DNA from: a virus | Length of the DNA stretch: 64,000 nucleotides | Reading direction: 5' to 3' (one strand) | IMG/VR virus record: IMGVR_UViG_3300030516_000004 | Part shown: piece by piece, positions 55,210-64,000 of the stretch | How the letters are laid out: the number at the start of each line of letters is the position of its first letter | Position numbering within the stretch: position 1 is the stretch's first letter | Position numbers and translations under genes: made by a program | Notes under the pieces: generated by a model | Told to the model about the DNA's origin: nothing | Databases searched by the model: none | The model's input: the letters and a program-made list of their open reading frames with translations, nothing else

Positions 55210-55761
55210 ATGGAAGAACAAATCAAAGGCGCAGAACCCTTAAAGAATTTACGCCATGAAGAGTTCTGCCACGAATATTTAAAAACGCTTAGTCCGCAAG
55301 AGGCTGGCAAAACAGTAGGCTTTAAAACCCGTCAACATGCTTGGGATGTCTTGCAGCGTGAAGAAGTTGAAGAGCGCATTGCTTATTTGAATGGGCAGCG
55401 CTTAAACCGCATTGATATCGATGCAGATTATGTCTTGCGTCGTTTGGTTGAAATTGACCAAATGGATGTCTTAGACATTATGGATGATAAATTTTGTCTA
55501 AAACCTATTAGCGAATGGCCTAAAGTTTGGCGTCAGTTCGTTTCGAATATCGAGAACAATGAAGAGTTTGAAGGCTATGGTGAAGACCGTGAACAAAGCG
55601 GCTGGCTAAAGAAAATCAAATGGCCTGACAAAGTTAAAAACCTTGAGCTATTAGGAAAACATATTGCTGTTGGGGCTTTCAAGGACAAAGTGGAACATTC
55701 AGGAACGATTGAAATTCAGACTTTATCTGAGTTAATGGATGAATTAAGCGAGGGTGATTAA
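55210..55761 (+). CDS. terS: Terminase small subunit (copy 2)
   Basis: Copy of 11885-12436. Confidence 0.92.
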   Translation: MEEQIKGAEPLKNLRHEEFCHEYLKTLSPQEAGKTVGFKTRQHAWDVLQREEVEERIAYLNGQRLNRIDIDADYVLRRLVEIDQMDVLDIMDDKFCLKPISEWPKVWRQFVSNIENNEEFEGYGEDREQSGWLKKIKWPDKVKNLELLGKHIAVGAFKDKVEHSGTIEIQTLSELMDELSEGD

Positions 55762-55776
55762 TTTTAAGGAGTAGCC

Positions 55777-57270
55777 ATGCTGAAACCTGAGCATACAGCG
55801 AAACTTAAAGATCAGTTGTGGCGCTTAAATAACCTTTACTACATTACGAATAAAGAAGGTAAGCAAGTTAAATTCAAGATGACACTTGAACAGCTTGAAT
55901 ACTTCGAAAACGAATGGACGCGGAACATCATCCTTAAGGCACGTCAGTTAGGTTTTACCACTGAGATGTGCATTATTCAACTAGATGCTGCGTTATTTAA
56001 GTCAGATAAATGTGCCTTGATTGCACACACGTTGCATGATGCTAAACGTCTATTCCGTGAAAAGGTTAAGTATGCCTATGACCGATTACCGCATCTCATT
56101 AAAGCTGCAAATCCTTTAGAGATTCAAACTAAGGATGAGCTTGTATTCGGCAAAGGTGGATCGATCACAGTATCAACCTCTTTCCGTGGTGGAACATTAG
56201 ATCGCTTACATGTATCTGAGTTCGGTAAAATCTGCGCGAAGTTCCCAGATAAAGCGCGAGAGATTGTTACAGGTGCATTTGAGGCTGTAAGTCTTAAAGG
56301 TCGCATCACTTTAGAGAGTACCGCAGAAGGTAAAAGTGGTTACTTCTATGAGTTCTGCCAATTAGCGGAAAAGTTATTTCTACTAAGCAAAAAGTTAAGT
56401 CCTCTAGATTGGAAATTCTTTTTCTTCTCCTGGTGGAAGAATGCTGATTATGAAATTGAGCCTACAGAAGAAATACCACAGCGACTACTTCAGTACTTTG
56501 AAGAACTAGAAGCCAAGCACAAGATCAAAACAACTGCTAACCAAAGAGCTTGGTATCACTCGAAAGAGAAGACGCTTGGCGAAGATATGAAGCGGGAATA
56601 TCCAAGTATCCCTAGTGAAGCATTCGCTCAGTCAGTTGAAGGTGCTTACTACAAGAACCAGTTCAAATTCTTGTACGCCAATAAGCGAATTGGTGCGCTG
56701 CCTTCGAATGACCACTTACCTGTGATGACCTTCTGGGATTTGGGTGTTTCGGACTCGATGGTAATTTGGTTTGTTCGAAAGCTCTCAGACAATTATTACC
56801 AAGTTATCGATTACTACGAAAATTCTGGTGAAGGTATGCGCCATTACTTCAAAGTCTTAAAGGAAAAGGGCTACAAGTACAGCAAGCACTATGCACCACA
56901 CGACATTAAGAACCGATCGATGATGAACGATGGTAAATCGCGTTTAGACATTGCTAAAGAAGGTTATGTCTTAGATGACGGTGAAAAATACTCTGTTTCA
57001 TTTGAGGTAGTGCCAAACATATTAGTGATGGATGGAATTGAGCAAGTTCGCGAGATTCTGCCGTTATGTGAATTTGACGAATACAAATGTGCTGAAGGTA
57101 TTACTCATCTTGAGAACTACCGCAAAGAATGGAACGACAAATTAGGCTGCTGGAAAGATAACCCACTTCATGACATGCATTCACACGGTGCTGATGGCTT
57201 CCGTATGTTTGCTGTGGCAATGGGTAAAAAAGTCGTAGCTAAAACACTAGATATAGGAATGGTTTTCTAA
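55777..57270 (+). CDS. terL: Terminase large subunit (copy 2)
   Basis: Copy of 12452-13945. Confidence 0.95.
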   Translation: MLKPEHTAKLKDQLWRLNNLYYITNKEGKQVKFKMTLEQLEYFENEWTRNIILKARQLGFTTEMCIIQLDAALFKSDKCALIAHTLHDAKRLFREKVKYAYDRLPHLIKAANPLEIQTKDELVFGKGGSITVSTSFRGGTLDRLHVSEFGKICAKFPDKAREIVTGAFEAVSLKGRITLESTAEGKSGYFYEFCQLAEKLFLLSKKLSPLDWKFFFFSWWKNADYEIEPTEEIPQRLLQYFEELEAKHKIKTTANQRAWYHSKEKTLGEDMKREYPSIPSEAFAQSVEGAYYKNQFKFLYANKRIGALPSNDHLPVMTFWDLGVSDSMVIWFVRKLSDNYYQVIDYYENSGEGMRHYFKVLKEKGYKYSKHYAPHDIKNRSMMNDGKSRLDIAKEGYVLDDGEKYSVSFEVVPNILVMDGIEQVREILPLCEFDEYKCAEGITHLENYRKEWNDKLGCWKDNPLHDMHSHGADGFRMFAVAMGKKVVAKTLDIGMVF

Positions 57271-58676
57271 TGCCAGTAAATACTGAACATCAAGCTTACG
57301 CGGACATGAAAGAGCGTTGGAAAACTATCAACGATGTCTGTGAAGGCTCAACCAAAATTAAAAAACGTGGTGAGCATTACTTACCTAAACCAAATGTTAC
57401 TGCTGATGCTACTCAAAATGACCAGTATTATTTAGCTTATTTAACACGAGCTGTGTTTTACGAGATTTCAAAAGACACACTAAATAAGATGGTGGGAGTA
57501 GTATTTGCCGAAGATCCAACATTCGAACCGGATGGAATGGATTTTCTTAAGTACGATGCAGATGGGACAGGTAAATCAATTTACCAAGTGGGGCAATCAT
57601 GCCTTCAAGGTTTGTTAAAACATGCTCGTGGTGGTCTATTTGTTGATTATCCAACTACTGATGGCAATGTATCTGTCCAGCAAGCGGAAAACTTAGGCAT
57701 TCGGCCAACAATCGTTTTCTATGATGCTCTAAATATTATTAACTGGAGCGTTAAACGTGTTGGATCTGTTTATAAACCCGATTTAGTCGTTTTATATGAA
57801 AAATCTACAGTAAAAGATCCTGAAGATGAGTTCGCTAAAAAAGAGGTAAATACTTACCGGGTATTACGTCTTGATGAGAACAATGAATATAACGTTCAAG
57901 TTTATTCGGATCAGTCAGGTGATTTACAGGGTGGTGAAATTAACTACCCAACTAATTCATTAGGCCGAAGATGGAATGAAATTCCTTTTATTCCTTTGGG
58001 GGCTTTGGCTAATGATTGGAATATTGACTCTATCCCACTAGAACCAATCGTCACAATGAACTTGGCCCATTATCAAAATAGCGCGAGCTATGAAGAGATG
58101 GTGTTTATCTGTGGCCAGGCCCAACCGGTTATTAATGAGCTTGATGAAGGTTGGCGTGACTGGTTGCAGAAAAATGGTGTCCGCTTAGGTTCTAAGAATC
58201 CTTTAATGCTTCCGAAAGGCTCATCGTTTGACTACAAACAAGTCACTGAAAGTACCTTAGCGAAACAGGCTATGGATGCTAAAGAAAAGTACATGCAGGC
58301 GATGGGGGCCAAGATTCTTGAGACTGAACAAGTCAATAAGACAGCTACCCAATCAAATAATGAAAAGCTTGCTCAGTACAGCGTACTTTCTTTGTGTGTA
58401 GCGAATACCAATGAGGCGATGGAATACGCGATTAAATGGTGTGCTGCATACTACGGAAGTGGCTCTAAAGCTAAGCTAACCATTAAGCAAGACTTCGCCA
58501 AAGGCAAGATTGATCTTGATACGCTTAAGTTCTATTGGGAAATGGTGCTTGCTAATCGCATGAGTATGGAAACCTTCCATGAGTTGCTAACAACTGGGAA
58601 AGTTCCAGAAATTAGCTATGAAAAAGAGCAGCTACGAATTGAAACCGAAAATACCAATAGGCCTATGGTGATTTAA
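57270..58676 (+). CDS. Portal protein (copy 2)
   Basis: Copy of 13945-15351. Confidence 0.9.
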   Translation: MPVNTEHQAYADMKERWKTINDVCEGSTKIKKRGEHYLPKPNVTADATQNDQYYLAYLTRAVFYEISKDTLNKMVGVVFAEDPTFEPDGMDFLKYDADGTGKSIYQVGQSCLQGLLKHARGGLFVDYPTTDGNVSVQQAENLGIRPTIVFYDALNIINWSVKRVGSVYKPDLVVLYEKSTVKDPEDEFAKKEVNTYRVLRLDENNEYNVQVYSDQSGDLQGGEINYPTNSLGRRWNEIPFIPLGALANDWNIDSIPLEPIVTMNLAHYQNSASYEEMVFICGQAQPVINELDEGWRDWLQKNGVRLGSKNPLMLPKGSSFDYKQVTESTLAKQAMDAKEKYMQAMGAKILETEQVNKTATQSNNEKLAQYSVLSLCVANTNEAMEYAIKWCAAYYGSGSKAKLTIKQDFAKGKIDLDTLKFYWEMVLANRMSMETFHELLTTGKVPEISYEKEQLRIETENTNRPMVI

Positions 58677-58692
58677 ATCGCAGGAGTGACAA

Positions 58693-59778
58693 ATGAACGT
58701 CCAGTTGTCACAACAAGCACTTCTTGATGCACTGGTATCACATCAGGCTTATCTTTATCGGCTGTCTTCAACTGAAATCAATAATCTCTTAAGTCAGTTT
58801 GATTCACTCTCTAGCGAGATGCTTTCAAAGTTAAGAGACTTACTAGATGATTTGAGTGATGCTGAAAAGACGGCTTTGATGGCAGGTCAATACACAACGC
58901 CAGCTTTAAAAGAAGTAAGGACTTTAGTTCAGACTTGGCAGGCAAGTGTTGCATCAGGTTTGCTTGATAGCTTCACGGTGAGCGCTACAGCTTTAGCGGT
59001 ATACGAAGCCACATATCAGGCTAAAACCATCGCTAATCGAAAAATAGAACCAAACGGCAAGACGCTATTTAACAAGGCAAAGAAAACGCCTTTAAGTGGT
59101 GGTGTGTTGCTTGATTCGATCTTTGCACGAATTGCAGACGATGCAAAAGCTCGAGTAGAGCAAACTATTCGAGACGGTTTATCTAAAGGTCAGACTAATC
59201 AGCAGATTGTTCAGCGAATTAAGGGAAAGAAAGCGCTTAATTACCAAGATGGCTTGCTGGATCAAAGTAGAAACCAGATTTCTACAATGGTTCGCACTGC
59301 TCGAAGTCATGTATCTAACATTGCCTTAAATGAAACATACACTGCCATTGGTGTTGAGTATGTGAAGTTCATAGCAACTCTTGATAGTCGAACTTCTAAA
59401 ATCTGTATGGGATATTCGGACAAGGTTTATAAGAAAAATGAATCTCATCCTGTGCCACCGCTTCACCCTCATTGTCGTTCGATACTTATTCCAGTTTTCG
59501 ATTCAACTGGTAAAACAATCGGCATGCGGCCATTCAACAATAAAGTTAATGGAGATGGTGAAATCGGTGTGGTTGATTCAAATACAACATTTAAAGGTTG
59601 GTTTGATAAACAAGATGCAGCTTTCCAAAAGTCTTGGCTTGGTCCATCACGATACAAACTATTTAAAGATGGTAAATACTCACTAGATAAGTTTGTAGAT
59701 CCATTAACTGGTCAGCCATTCACGCTTGCTGAACTCCAAAAGCTTGATGAAGAAATGTTTAAGAGGTTGGGATTATGA
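58693..59778 (+). CDS. Head morphogenesis protein (copy 2)
   Basis: Copy of 15368-16453. Confidence 0.9.
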   Translation: MNVQLSQQALLDALVSHQAYLYRLSSTEINNLLSQFDSLSSEMLSKLRDLLDDLSDAEKTALMAGQYTTPALKEVRTLVQTWQASVASGLLDSFTVSATALAVYEATYQAKTIANRKIEPNGKTLFNKAKKTPLSGGVLLDSIFARIADDAKARVEQTIRDGLSKGQTNQQIVQRIKGKKALNYQDGLLDQSRNQISTMVRTARSHVSNIALNETYTAIGVEYVKFIATLDSRTSKICMGYSDKVYKKNESHPVPPLHPHCRSILIPVFDSTGKTIGMRPFNNKVNGDGEIGVVDSNTTFKGWFDKQDAAFQKSWLGPSRYKLFKDGKYSLDKFVDPLTGQPFTLAELQKLDEEMFKRLGL

Positions 59779-59932
59779 TCATTGATTTAACAGGCGAAGG
59801 CTCATTAGAGCTTTCAAGACTTTCAACACGAAGTAAGTTCAGATTGCGCCGATGGCTTAGAAGAATTAACAAGCCTACCAAATAAATTAAACCTTAGCAC
59901 CTTCGGGTGCTTTTCTTATTGTGAGAAAAGAA

Positions 59933-60127
59933 ATGTTCGGAATACTTGAAAGTCTTACAAAAGCTACAGTATCAGCGGCTTCCACTGTTGTAACAGCTAC
60001 TGTAGATACAGTGATGATTCCTGTTGATTCTGCAAATGGCAAGGATGTGTATGGACGAACTGCTAATGCAGTGAACAACACATTGAAGAACCTTGAAGAT
60101 GCCAGCAAGCCAGTTTCTGAAAAGTAA
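59933..60127 (+). CDS. Small hypothetical protein (copy 2)
   Basis: Copy of 16608-16802. Confidence 0.7.
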   Translation: MFGILESLTKATVSAASTVVTATVDTVMIPVDSANGKDVYGRTANAVNNTLKNLEDASKPVSEK

Positions 60128-60211
60128 AACTTAATTCTATTTAGAGCAGTCGAAGGAGTGCTTTTTTATTGCCCGCAGTTTGTGACTGCAAAACCGCTCA
60201 GGGAGCAAAAC

Positions 60212-60937
60212 ATGAAATACAAACTCGATAGCCTAGAGGGCTTATCAGATGAAATGAAGGCACTTTACGAAGAAAAAGATGGTGCATTTTATTTAAAAGT
60301 TGAAGGTCTGCCGCAGCAAGATAATTCAGAGCTTGATGGACTTAAACAGAAAGTTAATGAGCTTCTTGGTGAAAAGAAAACAGCTCAGCAAAAACAACGT
60401 GAAGCTGAAGAAGCAGCTCGAAAAGAAGCTGAAGAAGCGGCCCGTAAAAAAGGTGACGTTGCTGCAATTGAAGCATCATGGCAAGCCAAACTTGAACAAG
60501 CTGAAGCTAAACATGCAGAAGCAACCAAAGCCTTGCAAGACCAAGTCTACAAATTAACTGTCGGGCAAACAGCACAATCATTAGCAAGTGAGCTTTCTAT
60601 CAAAGGCTCGGAGGCAGTATTGCTTCCACATATTACAAACCGTCTTCAGGTTGAAACTGATGAAAACGGAGAGGTCAAAGTACGTGTACTAGATTCGCAG
60701 GGCAAACCTAGTGCTTTAAGTATTGATGACCTCAAAAAAGAGTTCCGCGGCAATGTGGCATTCAAGCCATTAATTGTTGCTTCAAATGCGTCAGGAAGTG
60801 GGGCTTCTGGCGGTGGTTCAGGTGGTGGAGCTGCCAAGAAACCAAGTGAAATGACCACGCAAGAGCGATTGGAATTCCAAAAGAATGATCCTCAAGGGTT
60901 CCAAACAGCAATGGCGAATGGCGAATTTAATAATTAA
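60212..60937 (+). CDS. Scaffolding protein (copy 2)
   Basis: Copy of 16887-17612. Confidence 0.85.
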   Translation: MKYKLDSLEGLSDEMKALYEEKDGAFYLKVEGLPQQDNSELDGLKQKVNELLGEKKTAQQKQREAEEAARKEAEEAARKKGDVAAIEASWQAKLEQAEAKHAEATKALQDQVYKLTVGQTAQSLASELSIKGSEAVLLPHITNRLQVETDENGEVKVRVLDSQGKPSALSIDDLKKEFRGNVAFKPLIVASNASGSGASGGGSGGGAAKKPSEMTTQERLEFQKNDPQGFQTAMANGEFNN

Positions 60938-60954
60938 TTATTGGGAGTAACTCC

Positions 60955-61971
60955 ATGCCTTCTTTAGTAGAAGTATTTAACCGTGACGTAGTTTTATCTT
61001 ACCTACGTCCAAATCCTGTGGCAGTTTCGCCACTTGTGCAATCAGGAGCATTTGTTTCTGATGAATCTTTACGTCCATTGCTTACAAGTGGTTCTTCAAC
61101 TTTTGTTGTTCCATACATTAACGGTGTAGATGGTAACGTTGAGCAGAATTATGGCAACACTATTCTGACTGATATTGCTATGCCGCGCTTTATTGATGCT
61201 GGCGAAATGCAGGGCCGTGTAGCTTTCATGAACGAGAGCTTTGTTGAGTCAGTTCTAGGACAGTACTTATCAAAAGTTAATTCACTAGAGCTGATTGGTG
61301 GAATGCTGAATAAGTATTGGCAGCAAGCTGCTGAAAACCGCGCTTTAGCAACAGTAATTGGCTTACGTAATTATGACCAAGCAAACAGCAAGCGATTAAC
61401 TACTGATATCTCATTAGCAACAGCTACAGATGCGTCACGTTGGTCAGTGGACGCATATATTGATGCTGAAAGCACAATGAACGCTGCATTACGTGGTCGT
61501 GGGGTGATGTTCGTTCACTCGCGAATTGCTGCAAAAATGCGTAAGCAACAATTGCTTGAACAAGTGACCACAAGTGACAACTTGCCACCAATCACTGTTT
61601 ACAACGGTCGAGCAGTCATTGAAACAGATACCAATACACAAATTGGCACAGGCGCTAATGCTAAGTTTATTACCATTCTGGCTGGTCCACGTGCATTTGC
61701 TTACGACTCTGTGCCTGGTCGAAAAGACTTAGCTGTTGAAGAGACTCAAGCAACTGGTAATGGGGCAGGCCATGAAATCCTTTGGACGCGTCGCAATATG
61801 CTGATCCATCCACAAGGGTTTAGCTTCATTGCTCCGAAGGACACTTTAACTGGTGGTACTGCTCGTGAGTCATTAAGCGCATCTTGGGCTGACTTACAAA
61901 AAGCAGAAAACTGGAATCTTGTTTCATCAGTTGAAGACACTTCAATCCGTTTCTTAATTACCAACCTTTAA
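60955..61971 (+). CDS. Major capsid protein (copy 2)
   Basis: Copy of 17630-18646. Confidence 0.9.
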   Translation: MPSLVEVFNRDVVLSYLRPNPVAVSPLVQSGAFVSDESLRPLLTSGSSTFVVPYINGVDGNVEQNYGNTILTDIAMPRFIDAGEMQGRVAFMNESFVESVLGQYLSKVNSLELIGGMLNKYWQQAAENRALATVIGLRNYDQANSKRLTTDISLATATDASRWSVDAYIDAESTMNAALRGRGVMFVHSRIAAKMRKQQLLEQVTTSDNLPPITVYNGRAVIETDTNTQIGTGANAKFITILAGPRAFAYDSVPGRKDLAVEETQATGNGAGHEILWTRRNMLIHPQGFSFIAPKDTLTGGTARESLSASWADLQKAENWNLVSSVEDTSIRFLITNL

Positions 61972-61982
61972 GGAGAGCAGTC

Positions 61983-62168
61983 ATGGCTGAGAAGCAACCA
62001 GACTACAAATATCAATATCCAACTGATCGCCGATATGCTGATGATGCAACTGACACATTAGCAGCAGGCACCATGTTTGACCCTGCCAAAACAGCGGGTG
62101 ACTATGGCATTAAGGATTCTGAAGTAGCAGTTCCTGTGCCAGAAGCTCCTTTGAATGGTGGTGCATAA
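61983..62168 (+). CDS. Small virion protein (copy 2)
   Basis: Copy of 18658-18843. Confidence 0.7.
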   Translation: MAEKQPDYKYQYPTDRRYADDATDTLAAGTMFDPAKTAGDYGIKDSEVAVPVPEAPLNGGA

Positions 62169-62224
62169 CTAAAGAAGGGCGGCTTTCGGGCCGTCCTTCT
62201 TAATTAGATTTTTAGGATTAAGCT

Positions 62225-62611
62225 ATGAACTATGTAACAGTCGAAAGTGTGACTCAAAAGCTAGGGCCTGACTGGTGGGGAACTGGTGATCCGGTTAAAG
62301 CTGTAGTGCAGGCTAATGCGTGGCTTAATGCTAGAAATTTACCAGATTATCCAGAAGGCGAAGTGCCAGATTCAATTCTTACGGCTGGAGCTTATCTCGC
62401 AAAACTTGCCGCAGCAGGTCAGCTATATACAACCAAAGAAGGTGTGGTTGCATCTAAGACCGTTTCCGCTCAATCAGGCACATCTGTAAGCAAGACTTAT
62501 GTCGCAGGAAAAGAAGAGTCAGTCAGTGGTGATATGCAATTCATTCTTGATCTTCTTGAGCCATTCTTTAGCGAGAAGTACCACATCAACACTTATGTCA
62601 TTACGGAGTAA
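62225..62611 (+). CDS. Head-tail adaptor (copy 2)
   Basis: Copy of 18900-19286. Confidence 0.75.
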   Translation: MNYVTVESVTQKLGPDWWGTGDPVKAVVQANAWLNARNLPDYPEGEVPDSILTAGAYLAKLAAAGQLYTTKEGVVASKTVSAQSGTSVSKTYVAGKEESVSGDMQFILDLLEPFFSEKYHINTYVITE

Positions 62612-62614
62612 GCC

Positions 62615-63007
62615 ATGGGAATGCGTGATGAGATTCAGCAAGAACTTGGCGATGCCTTTGATGCTGAGGATGAGCTTGCGGATGCTGTAGATTCCTTCAC
62701 TTGTACTCGAAAGAAGCTAACGGGATCTAATCCCGCTACTGGTGATGACACTTACACCGAATATGTCTATAGCGGCAGAGGCGTCTTATTTGGCTCATAT
62801 TTAAAAGATTTAGTTAAGCCTATAGATTACCGAGCAACAGACTCTAAAGCCGTGCTACTGCAAAATGAAGTGAAGGATTCAGCAGGTACTTTAGTTGAGC
62901 CAGATGTGAATGATATTTGGGTAATTGAAGGTAGTATTTATCGAGTTATGAGTTGTGGTAATGACCCAGCAGATGCAACTTGGATTGCTCAGTTGAGGAA
63001 AGTATAA
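62615..63007 (+). CDS. Head closure protein (copy 2)
   Basis: Copy of 19290-19682. Confidence 0.75.
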   Translation: MGMRDEIQQELGDAFDAEDELADAVDSFTCTRKKLTGSNPATGDDTYTEYVYSGRGVLFGSYLKDLVKPIDYRATDSKAVLLQNEVKDSAGTLVEPDVNDIWVIEGSIYRVMSCGNDPADATWIAQLRKV

Positions 63008-63062
63008 AGCTTTGCTTTCTAGATAATATTTGATATAAGCCTCTTAATCAAACGGGGGACTT

Positions 63063-63731
63063 ATGAAAAGTAAAACATTAGAACAGAAGGTAAAATATTT
63101 AAAACTTAGTGCAATTTTTGGTTTCTTTGTTTACTTATTTGTTGGAGCGTTAATTAAAAGTGCACTCTTCTCCTCAGCGCCTCAAGTTTCGGATTTTTAT
63201 GAGCTACTTCGAGATGGCTTAACAATTACTGCATACTACTTAGCACCCGCCGCAGCACTATTATTGTTTAGTGATTGGCGTTTAGAGCACTTGGAAAAGA
63301 GTAGAGAAGAGCAAGGTAAGCTAATAAACGATCTAATTAAAAAAATTGATTCAGATTTGAGTGAGATAGAAGATGAAATTAAATATCAGGAAACCATAAG
63401 TAGTGATCAAAAAGCTCATATAGATGATCTTTTTAAAGAACTTATGGCAAATTTAAGTAAACTTCAGAATGCACTTAATGAGTTTGATTTCGATGATATA
63501 AAAGCAACAAAATTTCAAGAAAAAGTTAAAGATATCCGGTTTTACCTTTTAGAAAACATGTTTCTTCTTGAAAGAATGTTTAGTGGTTTAATAAAAAAAT
63601 CTGATCCTATTAAATATATAGGTGCTTATAAAGGCGATGACATTACTACCTTTAAAAATGCTCAAGCAGACTTATTCCAAGAGTTTGAAGGTAATTATTT
63701 AGAAAATTTTGGAAAAAACATAAGTTATTAG
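63063..63731 (+). CDS. AT-rich membrane moron (copy 2)
   Basis: Copy of 19738-20406. Confidence 0.8.
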   Translation: MKSKTLEQKVKYLKLSAIFGFFVYLFVGALIKSALFSSAPQVSDFYELLRDGLTITAYYLAPAAALLLFSDWRLEHLEKSREEQGKLINDLIKKIDSDLSEIEDEIKYQETISSDQKAHIDDLFKELMANLSKLQNALNEFDFDDIKATKFQEKVKDIRFYLLENMFLLERMFSGLIKKSDPIKYIGAYKGDDITTFKNAQADLFQEFEGNYLENFGKNISY

Positions 63732-63809
63732 ATGAACTGAAGCCACTTTATAAGGATTTAAAGGTAAAAGCTGCAAGCCCTAATTAAGGGATTTTTTTAT
63801 AGGTGAATT

Positions 63810-64000
63810 ATGGGATGGCAAACAAAACCAAGCGGATTTATCAAGACCGTTGAAGCAGACCTTACAAAAAAACAGAAAGATATTGTGATTGATGCTTTGC
63901 AAGGTGTAGTTCTTCAGAGCCCAGTTGATACCGGGGCTTTTAGAGCATCCCACAGAGTCAGCATCAACCAGACTGACCAATCATTTAATGAAGCCGAAAA
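63810..64000 (+). CDS. HK97 gp10-like protein (copy 2, truncated by the window end)
   Basis: Copy of the start of 20485-20907. Confidence 0.85.
   Translation, partial: MGWQTKPSGFIKTVEADLTKKQKDIVIDALQGVVLQSPVDTGAFRASHRVSINQTDQSFNEAE

Larger units (their letters stand above)
43326..64000. repeat. Direct tandem copy of positions 1-20675 (period 43,325 bp)
   Basis: 43326 begins ccattttcatctgc, as does position 1; all ORFs recur at +43325 with identical translations. Confidence 0.98.

Overview
The window is one complete 43,325-bp temperate siphovirus genome (1-43325) followed directly by a second copy of its first 20,675 bp (43326-64000). Every ORF in the track recurs at +43,325 with the same length and translation, and no host DNA is visible. 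The host is very likely Acinetobacter, based on gene content and a UmuDAb-type SOS box. The organisation is lambdoid: leftward early genes (ERF, YqaJ exonuclease, xis) and int; a cI/cro/cII switch with 15-bp operators; an initiator with iterons plus a DnaC-like loader; nin-like small genes; Q with a pR'-like promoter; then packaging, head, tail, receptor-binding and lysis genes. An intact attP carries a tRNA-Arg-like 3' end. The most notable items are: (1) an Acb2-like anti-CBASS sponge as the first late gene, followed by a 104-nt tRNA-like RNA with no canonical anticodon arm; (2) a surface-conversion cassette (AT3-SGNH O-acetyltransferase plus an uncalled 59-aa two-TM peptide) next to a propeller-type tail spike; (3) a 39-aa lipoprotein in the spanin position; (4) an orphan umuC under an SOS box, with two perfect DnaA boxes in attP; (5) a candidate ~100-nt sRNA upstream of ninB/terminase; (6) two -1 frameshift sites. 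Family assignments come from motifs I recognised by eye; no searches were run.
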